From the NCBI GenBank assembly GCA_049322255.1, contig JBMORE010000133.1, positions 1-64,000 on the forward strand: a stretch of DNA of 64,000 nt. Direction: 5' to 3'. A model generated the notes under the pieces. The model saw only the letters and a list, made by a program, of their open reading frames with translations. It made no database searches and was not told the origin of the DNA. A program made the position numbers and the translations under genes. Shown one piece after another: positions 49,532 through 59,665 of the stretch. How positions within the stretch are numbered: position 1 is the first letter of the stretch; each line of letters opens with the position of its first letter. This stretch comes from Myxococcota bacterium (GTDB lineage Bacteria; Myxococcota; Myxococcia; Myxococcales; Myxococcaceae).

Positions 49532-50722
49532 ATGATCGTGGTGCAAAAGTACGGGGGCTCGTCGGTGGCCGGGGCGGAGAAGCTTCGTCTGGTCGCGCGC
49601 AAGGTGAAGGCCCGGCGCGATGAAGGAGCGCAGCTGGTGGTGGTGGTTTCGGCGATGGGCGACACCACCGATGAGCTGCTCGCGCTGGCCAAAGAGGTTT
49701 CGCCCGACCCCCCGCGGCGTGAGCTGGACATGCTGCTCACCTGCGGCGAGCGCATCTCCATGGCGCTCTTGTCGATGGCGCTGCAAGAGCTGGGGGTGCC
49801 GGCGATCAGCTTCACCGGCAGCCAAAGCGGCATCATCACCAACGACGCCCACGCGCAGGCGCGCATCGTCGAAGTGCGCCCGTACCGGATTAGCGACGAG
49901 CTCGCGGCGGGGAAAGTCGTGATCGTCGCCGGGTACCAAGGCGTCTCCTACAAGCGCGAGGTGACCACCTTGGGCCGCGGCGGGTCGGACACCACGGCGG
50001 TGGCGCTGGCGGCGGCGCTGGGGGCGGATTGTGAAATCTATTCCGACGTCGACGGCATCTTCTCCGCCGACCCCCGGGTGGTGCCCGACGCGAAGAAGCT
50101 CGCCGCGCTTTCTTACGACGAGATGCAGGAGCTCGCCTCCGCCGGAGCAAAAGTTCTCAACGCCACCGCGGTGGAGTTCGCCAAACAAAAAGGCATCGTC
50201 ATTCTCGCCAAGAGCGCGCACGGGGGTGGCAGCGGCACCTCGGTGAGCGAGCTGCCCGCGGGCGCCACCTCGCGCGTGAAGGGAGTGACCTCCGACGCAG
50301 ACCTCGCCGTCTTGTGCGTACAGGGCGAGGGGCAGCGGCTGAGCGAGCTGCTCGACTTTCTCGACGCGCGCAGCGTGCGGGGCAGGGTGCTCTCTTTCGA
50401 CGCCTTGGGCGCCGGCATGGCCAAATCGTTCGTGGTGGTGCCACTCGCCGACGTTCATGGGCCCGAGGCGCTCGCACGAGACCTCTCCGCCCGCTTTTCC
50501 GGTCAGGTGACGTCGCGCGAGGGCCTGGGGACAGTGACCTGCGTGGGCGCGGGCATCAACGCTGATTGGAGCCACCTGCGCCGGGCGCTGTCCCTTGCCG
50601 AAGGCTTGGGGGCGAGCGTGTTCGCGGTGCACACCTCGCCGCTGCAGCTGTCGCTCTTGGTGGAAAAGGCGCACTTGCCCGAGCTGACCCGCCGGTTGCA
50701 CGCCGAGCTGGTCGCGAGCTGA
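49532..50722 (+). CDS. lysC: Aspartate kinase
   Basis: [29 protein letters not shown] and [10 protein letters not shown], with ACT-like C-terminal region. Confidence 0.95.
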   Translation: MIVVQKYGGSSVAGAEKLRLVARKVKARRDEGAQLVVVVSAMGDTTDELLALAKEVSPDPPRRELDMLLTCGERISMALLSMALQELGVPAISFTGSQSGIITNDAHAQARIVEVRPYRISDELAAGKVVIVAGYQGVSYKREVTTLGRGGSDTTAVALAAALGADCEIYSDVDGIFSADPRVVPDAKKLAALSYDEMQELASAGAKVLNATAVEFAKQKGIVILAKSAHGGGSGTSVSELPAGATSRVKGVTSDADLAVLCVQGEGQRLSELLDFLDARSVRGRVLSFDALGAGMAKSFVVVPLADVHGPEALARDLSARFSGQVTSREGLGTVTCVGAGINADWSHLRRALSLAEGLGASVFAVHTSPLQLSLLVEKAHLPELTRRLHAELVAS

Positions 50723-50744
50723 TCCGTCGTTTGCGCGAAGACTC

Positions 50745-51494
50745 TCACCAGCCAAGCCGCTCCGGAATGACCACGTTGAGCATCCGGTGCCAGGTGGGCC
50801 AGTCATGGGACATCTCGTGTCCCCACAGGTCGAGGTGGTGGGGAATGCCCTTGCTCCGCAGGGTGCCCGCGAAGCGCTCGGTGAGCTCGGGGTGCTCCCA
50901 CATGCCGCGGGTGGCGAGCAGGTGAATGTGCGTGTCCTGCCGCAATCGGTTGAGCTGCGGCCCCTCGGGGAGGTTGGGCACGAACCAGTTGGGGGAATTG
51001 AAGTAGACGGTTTCGTCGCTGTAGCCGTGGAGAAACCAATCGAGCTCGTACAGCCCGCTCATGCCGACGAGGGCGAAGAAGAGGTCGGGGCGACGAAAGA
51101 CGGCGTTGGCGGCGTGGAAGGCGCCGAAGCTGGCTCCGAAGGCGGCGATGCGGGCGTGGTCGTTCTGCACCACGCGACGGATGTGCGGTACCACCTCCTC
51201 CTCAATGTAACGTGAGTAGGCCGCCTGGCGACGCGCCTTCTCCGGGAAGTCGACGTGCGGGTTGAGCCAGGCATGCGGGTTGATGCTGTCGATGCCAAAG
51301 ACGGTGAGCCGCCCGGCGACAATCAGGTGCTGAATGGCGCCGATGAGCCCCATGCGCTCCGCCTCGAGGAAGTCGCCCCCCGCGGTGGGGAAGAGCAAGA
51401 CCGCCGGCCCCCAGTGCCCGTAGCGCACGAGGGGCATGTGCATGTGGAGGTGGGGGCTGTGCCAGCCGAAGACGTCTCGGTGGAGGTCGCTCAT
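50745..51494 (-). CDS. Putative esterase (alpha/beta hydrolase)
   Basis: GASFG nucleophile elbow, YFNSP and HDWPTW. Confidence 0.9.
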   Translation of the reverse strand: MSDLHRDVFGWHSPHLHMHMPLVRYGHWGPAVLLFPTAGGDFLEAERMGLIGAIQHLIVAGRLTVFGIDSINPHAWLNPHVDFPEKARRQAAYSRYIEEEVVPHIRRVVQNDHARIAAFGASFGAFHAANAVFRRPDLFFALVGMSGLYELDWFLHGYSDETVYFNSPNWFVPNLPEGPQLNRLRQDTHIHLLATRGMWEHPELTERFAGTLRSKGIPHHLDLWGHEMSHDWPTWHRMLNVVIPERLGW

Positions 51495-51605
51495 CACGCC
51501 CCATTCAACAGCCGAAACGGCCCGGTTGCACGAGACTGGCTGGCTTCTTTACCCCAGCGGGCTTTTGCGCGGCCGCTGGCGCGCGCCGCCTGAAGCCGGC
51601 CACGG

Positions 51606-51651
51606 TTGCCACTGAAATGTTGAAGTAATACTATTCAGACAAAGGTATTAC
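51606..51651 (+). promoter_or_regulatory. Sigma70-like promoter with an inverted-repeat operator for the AbrB-vapC pair
   Basis: TTGCCA(51606-11)-17 nt-TACTAT(51629-34). GTAATAC-N13-GTATTAC (51625-51651) overlaps the -10 box. Confidence 0.72.
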
Positions 51652-51663
51652 CAAGGAGGAGAC

Positions 51664-51954
51664 ATGGGGACGACGGTCACCATCAAAGGCCAGGTCACCA
51701 TACCCAAGAAGGTGCGCGACTACTTGGGGCTTCGGCCGGGCAGTGAATTGGATTTCGACTACACAGCCGACGGACAGGTCGTGCTCAGGCCGGTCAAGGT
51801 CTCGGGCAAGAAGCGGAGGCCCTCGAGCAGATTCGCAGCGCTGCGCGGTACGGGCAAGCGTCTGGGAATGAGCACAGACGACTACATGAATCTCCTCCGC
51901 GGCTACGACGAGGACATCGAGGACCCTGGCTTCGGGTCGAAGCGCTCGAAATGA
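51664..51954 (+). CDS. AbrB/MazE/SpoVT-family antitoxin
   Basis: TIKGQVTIPKKVRDYLGLRPG, with RBS AAGGAGG. Confidence 0.92.
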   Translation: MGTTVTIKGQVTIPKKVRDYLGLRPGSELDFDYTADGQVVLRPVKVSGKKRRPSSRFAALRGTGKRLGMSTDDYMNLLRGYDEDIEDPGFGSKRSK

Positions 51955-52349
51955 TCCTCGTGGACACTTGTATTCTCATTGACGTCATCAATGAGGACGC
52001 CGAATGGTGCGAACCGTCCTGTGCGGCTTTGGACGAATGGGGGAGGCGTGGCCCGGTGCTCGTCAACCCGATCATCTACGCCGAGGTTTCCCCCGGCTTC
52101 GAGCACCCCGCCGCCTTGGACGAGGTTCTGGAAACAGTCGGCGTCGAATTCCGGGAGTTGCCGCGAGAAGCTCTCTTCCTTGCGGCGAGAGCCCATCGCG
52201 CCTACCGACACCGGGGCGGATTGCGGATTGCCGTCTTGCCTGACTTCTTCATCGGTGCCCATGCGCTGACCCTTGGCGTGCCCGTGCTCACCCGAGATCC
52301 CACCCGGTATCGAGCCTACTTCCCAACACTCAGGGTGGCCGCGCCATAG
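51951..52349 (+). CDS. vapC: VapC/PIN-domain toxin
   Basis: ILVDTCILID, IIYAE, LPDFFIGAHA and LTRD, with an ATGA overlap. Confidence 0.92.
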   Translation: MILVDTCILIDVINEDAEWCEPSCAALDEWGRRGPVLVNPIIYAEVSPGFEHPAALDEVLETVGVEFRELPREALFLAARAHRAYRHRGGLRIAVLPDFFIGAHALTLGVPVLTRDPTRYRAYFPTLRVAAP

Positions 52350-52409
52350 CAAGGGGTTGCTCGTTGCTTGGACTCGGACCAGCGATCTCGTGTCTGCATG
52401 CGACCGAAT

Positions 52410-53318
52410 CTACTTGCGCGGCCGCCGCGCGTGGGTGCTGGCGGTTTCGTGGCGCATGCGGCGCATGTCCGGCGTGCCTGGGGGGAGCTCGACGAACTGG
52501 CACATCTCCGAGAGCCGGCTGAAGATGCGCTCTCCCACGCGATCGCTGAGTTGGTGCGATTCCTTGGCCGCGCTCTTCAAGTCTTCGGTCGACCGGTAGC
52601 CGCCGCGCCGGGCTTCGGGGGGCGCCAAGGAGAAGTTGGTGGCAAAGAGGGTGGCGCGGCCGGCGTTGTAGCGACGGGCGATCAGCTCGTCGAGGGTCTC
52701 CATCTCGAACGGGCTGCCGCGCCCTTTGCCCAGCTCGTCGATGGCGAGCAGCTCGACCTCCGAGAGCGGGCCGATGATTTCTCCTCCGCTCTTGCCCTCC
52801 TGAAAGCCGCGGCGAATGGTGGCGTAGAGGAGGCTTACCTCCACGTACTGGGCGCGCGCACCCTTCTCGACGATCGCGTGCGCCAAGGCGGCCACCAAGA
52901 GGTGAGTTTTGCCGGTGCCCACCGAGCCCGAGAGCACGAAGCCGCGACCGTCGGGGTAGCGGAAGGCGAACTCCATCACCGTTTCCTTGGCGCGCGCCTG
53001 CTCGGAGTTGTGCGGCCGGTAGCTCTCGAAGTCGGCGCCGGCGAGCACCGCGGGGATGTCGGCCTCGTTGAAGCGCGCCAGGCGCTTGTCGAGCAGCCGG
53101 CAGGAGCACGGGCTCAAGACGTCGTAGGTCTTGGGGCCGACTTTTTGGCTGAAGGTCTCCTCGCGCGAGCCGTAGACATAGCCGCGCCCTTCGCAGCGAG
53201 GGCACTGGGCGATGCACGTGCAGGGCACCGCCGCCGCGTGCTCGCCACGGCGCTCGTAGAGGTACATGCGTCCGTGGCACTGGGTGCAGCTCTTGGACGA
53301 GGGTTGCCTGGCTTCCAC
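52410..53318 (-). CDS. DnaC/IstB-like AAA+ ATPase with a Cys-rich N-terminus
   Basis: CTQC, CTC, CPRC and CSC, then GSVGTGKTHL, LAIDELG, RYN..TLFATN and RIFSRL. Confidence 0.88.
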   Translation of the reverse strand: MEARQPSSKSCTQCHGRMYLYERRGEHAAAVPCTCIAQCPRCEGRGYVYGSREETFSQKVGPKTYDVLSPCSCRLLDKRLARFNEADIPAVLAGADFESYRPHNSEQARAKETVMEFAFRYPDGRGFVLSGSVGTGKTHLLVAALAHAIVEKGARAQYVEVSLLYATIRRGFQEGKSGGEIIGPLSEVELLAIDELGKGRGSPFEMETLDELIARRYNAGRATLFATNFSLAPPEARRGGYRSTEDLKSAAKESHQLSDRVGERIFSRLSEMCQFVELPPGTPDMRRMRHETASTHARRPRK

Positions 53319-53330
53319 GACAAAGCTCCT

Positions 53331-53972
53331 TCACCAAAAAGGCGGCAACGACAGCCGCCGCCTCACCACCGCCGCGCGGTGGAAGCGCCGGGACAGCACC
53401 TTCGCCCGGGCCGAGAGGGAAGCGCCGTTTTGCGCCAGCGCCGCCGCCTCGCGCAAGAGGACCAGCCGTTCAGCGAAGGGCAGCGCCCGCAAAAGCCCCA
53501 GGTAGACGAGCTCTTCTTGGCGCGATGAGCGCTCGAGGTCGGCGGGCGGTTCTGCCAGGGGCCCTGCCAAGAGTCGCGCGATGCCGGAGGCCACCTGGGG
53601 CTTTTCCCGCGAAAGTTTCTTCAGCACCGCTGTGAGCTTCTTGTGCCGCCTCAGGTGCGTGGGCACGTCGACGGCGGCGAGCTCGCCCTCCTTGCCCACG
53701 GTGGCGCCCAGGTGCTTCTTGATTTCCGCTTCCACCTGACGCTTGCAGGCGCGCAAAGAACGCAAGGTTTCACCCGGTCGAGCGTCCCACAGCGCGCCCT
53801 CCGCCGCTTTGCGGATGCCGCGCGCCACCACCTCGAAGGGCACCTGTAAGAGCGCCCACCGCTCGAGGAGCTCGACGTCCAGCGCGCTGAGCATCACTCC
53901 AAAGCCGCGGTAGGCGAGGAAGCAGTCCTGCACGCGCTCCTCGAACGTCGCACTGGAGGGAAGCAGGCTCAC
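53331..53972 (-). CDS. Hypothetical protein with a possible DnaD-like helical domain
   Basis: LSALDVELLERW..VPFEVVARGI..LRSLRAC pattern. It lies directly upstream of the DnaC-like gene. The GTG start is inferred. Confidence 0.6.
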   Translation of the reverse strand: MSLLPSSATFEERVQDCFLAYRGFGVMLSALDVELLERWALLQVPFEVVARGIRKAAEGALWDARPGETLRSLRACKRQVEAEIKKHLGATVGKEGELAAVDVPTHLRRHKKLTAVLKKLSREKPQVASGIARLLAGPLAEPPADLERSSRQEELVYLGLLRALPFAERLVLLREAAALAQNGASLSARAKVLSRRFHRAAVVRRRLSLPPFW

Positions 53973-54019
53973 GGCGCTTTCCTTCCATACCACGCGCTGG
54001 CGACGGCGCATCGTGCCGG

Positions 54020-54048
54020 TTGACCTGCCGAGGTTTTGCGCACATGAT
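54020..54048 (+). promoter_or_regulatory. Possible sigma70 promoter of the glt cluster
   Basis: TTGACC-17 nt-CATGAT, about 85 nt upstream of gltD. Confidence 0.4.
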
Positions 54049-54132
54049 CGAGCCCTTCTTCAAAGGGAATTCCCGAGGAGTGCCGCCTACTTGCTCCCAA
54101 AAGCGAGAGGGAAAGGCCTCGACAGGTAAACC

Positions 54133-57100
54133 ATGCGCCGACTCTTCCTCATCGCCACGTTGGTCGCTTCCGTTCATTCCTTCGCCCAGCGCAAGGAGGT
54201 CAAAGAGACCGAGCTGAAGAAGGAGAGCTCGGCCGCCCCGGACAAATCGCTCGCCGGCGACCTCACCCGCAAGAAAGAGGACAAGGGCCAGGCCGCGCCC
54301 GCGCTGCAGTACGACCAGTTCCGCCTCGGAGTCGAGGTGCAAGTGGCGAGCAAGCGCGCCCAGCAGATCGAGGATCTGCAGAAGATCATCTCCCTCGTCG
54401 ACGAGAGCACCCCCGACGGCAAGAAGGAGATGCCCAAGCTGCGCTTTCGCTTGGGCGAGCTGTTCTGGGAGGAATCGAAGTACCTCTTCTTCGAAGCCAA
54501 CCGCAAAGACGACGATCTCATCCGGGCGATGAACGCCAAGGACAAGGCGGGGCAGGAGCGCGCCAAGGCGGAAAAGGAAGACCTGATCGCCAAGAGCAAG
54601 GCGTACGCGAAGAAGGCCACCGCGGAGTACTCGGAGATCGTCCAGAAGTTTCGCAACTTCGAACGCACCGACGAGGTGCTCTACTTCTTGGGCCACAACC
54701 TGATGGAGATGGGCGATGAGCGCAAGGCGCTGGTCGCTTTCCGCCGGCTCATCGAGAAATTCCCCAAGAGCAAGTTCATTCCTGACGCACACCTGGCTTT
54801 CGGCGAGTACTACTTCAACACCTCGAAGGGAAAGCGGGAGATGCTCGAGAAGGCCCTCGAGTCGTACAAGAAGGCCGCCGACTTCCCCGACAACCAAGTC
54901 TACGGCTTCGCCCTCTACAAACAGGGCTGGTGCCACTTCAACCTCGCCGACTACCCGCAGGCGATGGACAAGTTCAAAGCGGTGATTCTCTATGGCGAGC
55001 TGGACAAGGCGGGTGCCGAAGGGAACAAGAAGGGGCTGATCAAGGAAGCGCGCAACGACTTCGTGCGCTCCTTTGGCCGCGGCGGAGGCTCGCCCACCGA
55101 GGCCCGCGCCGAGTTCGCCCGCATCGCCAAAGAGCCCGAAGACCGCTTCATCATGATGAAGCAGCTGGCCAACCTCTATTACGAAGATGGCAAGGACAAA
55201 GAGGCGGCCCTTTCCTTCAACATGCTGATCAAGGAAAAGCCTCTCTCCCCCGAGGCTCCCGGCTTTCAAGGGAAGATCGTCGACTGCGTGCTGCGGGCGG
55301 GGAACAAGAAGATGACCGTCGACCAGGTGCGCCGCCTGGTGAAGGTGATGGACGACGTCCTCAAGAACAACAAGACGCTCGACGAGAAGGCGAAGAAGGC
55401 GCTGGAGGAGGCGCGCGAGCTGTCCGAGCGCACCATCTCCAACCTGGCGGTGAACTGGCACAACGAGGCGAAGAAGACCCGCGACGACGAGACCTTCGGC
55501 TTCGCCAACGAGGTGTACGCCGACTACCTCACTCTCTTCCCCGAGAACAAGAAAGCCTACGACTTGCGCTTCTTCTGGGCGGAGCTGCTCAACGACAACT
55601 TGAGCAAGTACGAGAAGGCCGCCGAGGAGTACACCAAGGTCTTCGCCCACGACATCAAACGCTTCGAGCAAGAGCAAAAGGGCGAGAAGGACGAAGAGGG
55701 CAGGCCGGTCAAGCCCGGGAAGTGGATGGTGAACGCCGCCTACAACTCCATTCTCGCGTGGGACCAGGTGGTGAAGGAGGCCGAGTCGAGCGGCAAAGAA
55801 AAGCCGCCGGTGGTCTCCGACCCCAACAAGAAGCTGGAGATGGCGCCCAAGCGCAAAGAGCTGCTCGAGGCCTGCGAGCGCTACGTGAAGTACGTGCCTA
55901 ACGGGGAGAAGAAGATCGAGATCTCCTTCAAGGCGGCGAAGATCTACTACGACCACAACCACCTGGACGAGGCGGTGGGCCGCTTCGCCGACATCGCTCT
56001 CAACCACTCCGACTACAAGTTCGAGAACGGCGACAAGGCGGGGGAGGTCGCCGCCAACCTGGTGCTCGACTCCTACAACCTGCTCTCCGACTGGGCGAAG
56101 GTGAACGAGTGGGCGCGCAAGTTCTACGCCAGCGAGAAGCTCGCCACCGGAAAGTTCCGCGAGGATCTCAAGAAGATCATCGTGGAGTCGGCCTTCAAGC
56201 TGGTGAACCAGCTCGAGGCGAAGCAGCAGTACGCCAAGGCCGCCGAGGCCTACCTGGGCTTCGTCGCCGAGTTCCCCAAGGAGGAGCTCGCCGACCAGGC
56301 GCTCTTCAACGCGGCGATCGACTTCTTCAACGCCAAGCAGCTCGACCGAGCGATCGAGACGCGCAAGCGTTTGATCAAGGGCTACCCGCGCTCGAAGTTC
56401 GTGCCCCAGACCCTCTACGCGCTGTGCGAGGGCCATGAGGCGATCGCCGACTTCGAAGCTGCCGCCGACTGCTACGAGGACTACGCGGCGGCGTACGAGA
56501 AGAGCCAGGGCGGCAAGAGCGCGCCCAAGGCGAAGAGGGGGAAGAAGGGCAAAGCGGCGCCCGAGCCCAAGGCAGGCGACCAACAGGTGTGGGAGGAGGC
56601 CAAGGCCCAGGTGGCGGTCTTCAACGCCGGTGTCTTCCGCGACGGGTTGGGACAGTACAAGGCAGCGCTACGGAACCGCGAGCGCTACCTCGAGCTGTGG
56701 CCCACCGCCAAGGACGCGGAGGCGGTGTTCCTCTCCATCGTCGATCTGCACGAGAAGTACGGTGTGTACGGCAAGGCGCTCAAGCAGCTCGAGGACTACG
56801 AAAAAAAATACGGCGTCAAAGACGCCAACAAGATGCTCACCTCCGAGGGGCGCATGGCCACCATCTACGAAGAGAAGATGAAATCGGCCAAGAATGCCCA
56901 GCGCCTCTACGACCGCATCTGGAGCTACTACGAGAAGCTCCCCAAGCGGCAAAAGGACAAGCTGGAGATCACCGCCCTCGACCCGGTGGCCCGCTCCCAC
57001 TTCCTCTCCAATGAAGCGGAGTTCAAGAAGTACACCGCGATTCGCCTCAAGTGGACCAAGCTCACCAACGTCGCCGAGTTCAAGAACAGCGTGAAGGAGA

Positions 57101-57690
57101 AGGCCAAGGCCCTCGAGGGCATTCAGAAGCTCTACACCGCCACGGTGGGCCTCAAGAGCGCCGACCCGGCGATCTGCGCGCTGCACAAGATCGGCTTGGC
57201 GTACGACCACTTCGCCCACGCGTTGCTCAACCCTCCCGTGCCCAAGGGCATGCCCGAGGAGCTGCTCTTCGAGTTCAAGGCGCAGCTCGACCAGCAGGCC
57301 GCTCCGGTGAAGGACAAGGCGGCCGAAGCCTTCGCCGCCGCGGTCGCCAAGAGCCAGGAGCTGGACATCTTCAACGTCTGCACCACCAAAGCGCTCGACA
57401 TGCTGCGCGACAAGTACCGCCCCGAGCAGTTTCCCCCCATGCGGGAGGACGTGCTCGAGCTCAAAGTCGACTTGAAGGAGCAGTCGATCGGCGGCGACTT
57501 GCTCACCTCGATTCAGCCCATCCCCATCGTCTCCACCGAGCGCGCCGCCGCGCTGCAACAGAAGGCGAAGACGGTCGCGCAGGACTTGGGCGACCTGCCG
57601 CCGCCTCCCGAAAAAGAGACCGAGGTCGCTCCAGTGAGGACGGTGGCACCTGCCCCCAAAGACGAGGAGCCCTCCGATGAGCCGCTCTAG
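54133..57690 (+). CDS. gltD: Gliding motility TPR protein GltD (AgmU)
   Basis: 1185-aa exported multi-TPR protein heading a TPR-lipoprotein / small protein / FHA-TonB_C / beta-barrel cluster, as in the M. xanthus glt G2 locus. Confidence 0.88.
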   Translation: MRRLFLIATLVASVHSFAQRKEVKETELKKESSAAPDKSLAGDLTRKKEDKGQAAPALQYDQFRLGVEVQVASKRAQQIEDLQKIISLVDESTPDGKKEMPKLRFRLGELFWEESKYLFFEANRKDDDLIRAMNAKDKAGQERAKAEKEDLIAKSKAYAKKATAEYSEIVQKFRNFERTDEVLYFLGHNLMEMGDERKALVAFRRLIEKFPKSKFIPDAHLAFGEYYFNTSKGKREMLEKALESYKKAADFPDNQVYGFALYKQGWCHFNLADYPQAMDKFKAVILYGELDKAGAEGNKKGLIKEARNDFVRSFGRGGGSPTEARAEFARIAKEPEDRFIMMKQLANLYYEDGKDKEAALSFNMLIKEKPLSPEAPGFQGKIVDCVLRAGNKKMTVDQVRRLVKVMDDVLKNNKTLDEKAKKALEEARELSERTISNLAVNWHNEAKKTRDDETFGFANEVYADYLTLFPENKKAYDLRFFWAELLNDNLSKYEKAAEEYTKVFAHDIKRFEQEQKGEKDEEGRPVKPGKWMVNAAYNSILAWDQVVKEAESSGKEKPPVVSDPNKKLEMAPKRKELLEACERYVKYVPNGEKKIEISFKAAKIYYDHNHLDEAVGRFADIALNHSDYKFENGDKAGEVAANLVLDSYNLLSDWAKVNEWARKFYASEKLATGKFREDLKKIIVESAFKLVNQLEAKQQYAKAAEAYLGFVAEFPKEELADQALFNAAIDFFNAKQLDRAIETRKRLIKGYPRSKFVPQTLYALCEGHEAIADFEAAADCYEDYAAAYEKSQGGKSAPKAKRGKKGKAAPEPKAGDQQVWEEAKAQVAVFNAGVFRDGLGQYKAALRNRERYLELWPTAKDAEAVFLSIVDLHEKYGVYGKALKQLEDYEKKYGVKDANKMLTSEGRMATIYEEKMKSAKNAQRLYDRIWSYYEKLPKRQKDKLEITALDPVARSHFLSNEAEFKKYTAIRLKWTKLTNVAEFKNSVKEKAKALEGIQKLYTATVGLKSADPAICALHKIGLAYDHFAHALLNPPVPKGMPEELLFEFKAQLDQQAAPVKDKAAEAFAAAVAKSQELDIFNVCTTKALDMLRDKYRPEQFPPMREDVLELKVDLKEQSIGGDLLTSIQPIPIVSTERAAALQQKAKTVAQDLGDLPPPPEKETEVAPVRTVAPAPKDEEPSDEPL

Positions 57691-57700
57691 AGAGGACATC

Positions 57701-59206
57701 ATGAGACACGCGCCGCGCTCTTTGCTCGTCCTCGTGCTCGCCCTGGCCGGCTGCAAGACCACCCAGTCCGCCGGCGATGTGCAGCTCTCCGGCCCCAAGG
57801 TGAAGGAGTCGGCCCAAGGCTCCGAAAAGGCCGAGGTGCAAATCTCCACCAAGGCCAAGCTCCTCTTCGAGGACGCGCTCAAGGCCTTGGAGGAGCAGAA
57901 GAAGAAGGGAGCCCTCGACTACGCCGGTCTGGAGCGGAGGTTCCAGGCGGCCGCCGACGCCGACCCTCGCTTCGCCGAGCCGGTCTACAACCTGGGTGTG
58001 CTCGCCGAGCGCCAGGGCAAGAGCCAGCAGGCCTTCGCCCACTACAAAGAGGCGCTGCGCAAAAAGCCCACCTTACGCCAGGCGGCGGAGAACATGGCGG
58101 TCATCCTCCAGAACGCGGGCAAGGAAGAGGAGGCGGTGCAGGTCTACAAGGACATTCTGGAGAACTTTCCCGACGATGCGAGCGGCCGCGCCCGGCTGGC
58201 GGAAATCTACCGCCGCCGCAAAGACAACGCCCGCGCGCTCGAGCTTGCCCGCGAGGCGCTCTTCCGCGAGCCCAAGACGCTCACCGCCTACAAAGTGATG
58301 ATGCGTGTCTACTACGAGCAAAAGCAGCTCTCGATGGCCAAGCTGGTGGCCTTGCGCGCGCTCAAGCTCGACGAGAACGACGCCGAGCTGTACCACACCC
58401 TGGGCCTCATCCTCCTCGCCGAGAAGGAGCCCGCCAAGGCGCGCGTGCAGTTCAAGAAGGCGGTGGCCGTCCGCGCCGATTTCTTGCCCGCGCACCTCGA
58501 GCTGGCCAAAATGGCGCTCGCTCAGGAGGACTACGGCGGCGCCGAGGAGAGCATTCGTTCGCTCTTGCGTGCCAACGGGAGCTCCGCCGAGCTGCACCTG
58601 AACTTGGGAGTGGCCTACAAGGGCCAAGGCCAGCTGGACAAGGCGCTGGCCGAGTATGACGCCGCCCATAAGCTCAACTCCAACCTCCCGGCCATCTACT
58701 TGAATCGCGGCATCGTCATCTTGGCCAAGGGTGACCCGCACAAGGCGATCGAGTATTTCGACCAGTACCTCCAGATGCACGGCGGCCGGGTCGAAACCGA
58801 TCACTCCGTCTTCGCGCTCAAGAAGGAAGCGGAAGGCATTCTCCAGCAGCGCGAGGAGGAGAAGCGCGCACTCGAAGAAGCGAAGAAGATGGAGGAGGAG
58901 ATGAAGCGCCAGCAGGAGGCGCTCGAGGCGGAGGAGAAGAAGAAGAAGGAAGCGGAGCTCAAGAAGGCGCAAGAGGACGCGAAGAAGGGCGTGGCCGCCG
59001 AGGCGCTCAAGGGCGCCGACGTGGGCGGCGCTGACCTCCAGAAGTGCCTGGAGGGCGCCAAGTCCGCCGCCGAGAAGAAGGAGTGCGAGAAAATCGCTTC
59101 CCCGCCGGCCAAACCGGAGCCGGCGCCCAAGCCCAAGGTGGAGCCTCCCAAACCGGCTCCGCCCACCGCCCGGAGCGATGAGCCGTCAGAGGAACCCTCG
59201 CTGTAG
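57701..59206 (+). CDS. gltE: Gliding motility TPR lipoprotein GltE (AglT)
   Basis: Lipobox LAGC, TPR repeats, coiled coil and Pro-rich tail; synteny with gltD. Confidence 0.88.
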   Translation: MRHAPRSLLVLVLALAGCKTTQSAGDVQLSGPKVKESAQGSEKAEVQISTKAKLLFEDALKALEEQKKKGALDYAGLERRFQAAADADPRFAEPVYNLGVLAERQGKSQQAFAHYKEALRKKPTLRQAAENMAVILQNAGKEEEAVQVYKDILENFPDDASGRARLAEIYRRRKDNARALELAREALFREPKTLTAYKVMMRVYYEQKQLSMAKLVALRALKLDENDAELYHTLGLILLAEKEPAKARVQFKKAVAVRADFLPAHLELAKMALAQEDYGGAEESIRSLLRANGSSAELHLNLGVAYKGQGQLDKALAEYDAAHKLNSNLPAIYLNRGIVILAKGDPHKAIEYFDQYLQMHGGRVETDHSVFALKKEAEGILQQREEEKRALEEAKKMEEEMKRQQEALEAEEKKKKEAELKKAQEDAKKGVAAEALKGADVGGADLQKCLEGAKSAAEKKECEKIASPPAKPEPAPKPKVEPPKPAPPTARSDEPSEEPSL

Positions 59207-59235
59207 GAGGAGGTGGGGCGCCCTGCCACCTCTTC
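59207..59235 (+). terminator. Intra-operon stem-loop after gltE
   Basis: GAGGAGGTGG-N9-CCACCTCTTC, with only a weak T tail. Confidence 0.4.
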
Positions 59236-59329
59236 GTTCTAGGTGTGAGAATTTCCTCACCGCGGGCTTGGCGCCATTCTTCCGGGTGCTAGCATCGCCC
59301 ACGTCGAAGGGGAGAAGGAGCAGGCGGTC

Positions 59330-59578
59330 ATGAGGAAGCTTTTTTTGGCAGGCGTCTTGACGCTTTCGGCGGCGGCCTGGGCCCAGGACAAGGGCGAAGA
59401 GAACGTTCGGTACAACAAGGTGCAGAACATCAACTTCGAAGACGACACCATCGAGGGCGACCTCACCAAGCCCGACGGTGAGTACGTCGAAGCGCGCAAG
59501 AAGGTGAAGCATTCGAACCTCATTCGCGTTCGCGAGGAGTTCAAGGACAAGGTGATGCAGTCGGTCGGGGAGTTGTAG
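59330..59578 (+). CDS. gltF: Gliding motility protein GltF (CglF)
   Basis: Signal peptide, then INFEDDTIEGDLTKPDGEY..HSNLIRVREEF. Confidence 0.9.
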   Translation: MRKLFLAGVLTLSAAAWAQDKGEENVRYNKVQNINFEDDTIEGDLTKPDGEYVEARKKVKHSNLIRVREEFKDKVMQSVGEL

Positions 59579-59665
59579 CGCCGGCCGAGAGGGGGGCGGC
59601 CGGAACCTGGTGTCGGGTCCGGTGTCATTAGGCAGCAGCCAGCGCATCTTTTTCAGGAGGCTCTC

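Noticed and set aside
52410..53318. IS21 element (IstB)
   Set aside because: There is no IstA DDE transposase and no terminal inverted repeats nearby.
53770..56583. 937-aa antisense ORF, and similar long shadow ORFs such as 47341-49623, 19788-21038 and 37525-39714
   Set aside because: They mirror well-supported genes. High GC3 suppresses stop codons on the opposite strand, and the translations show no motifs.
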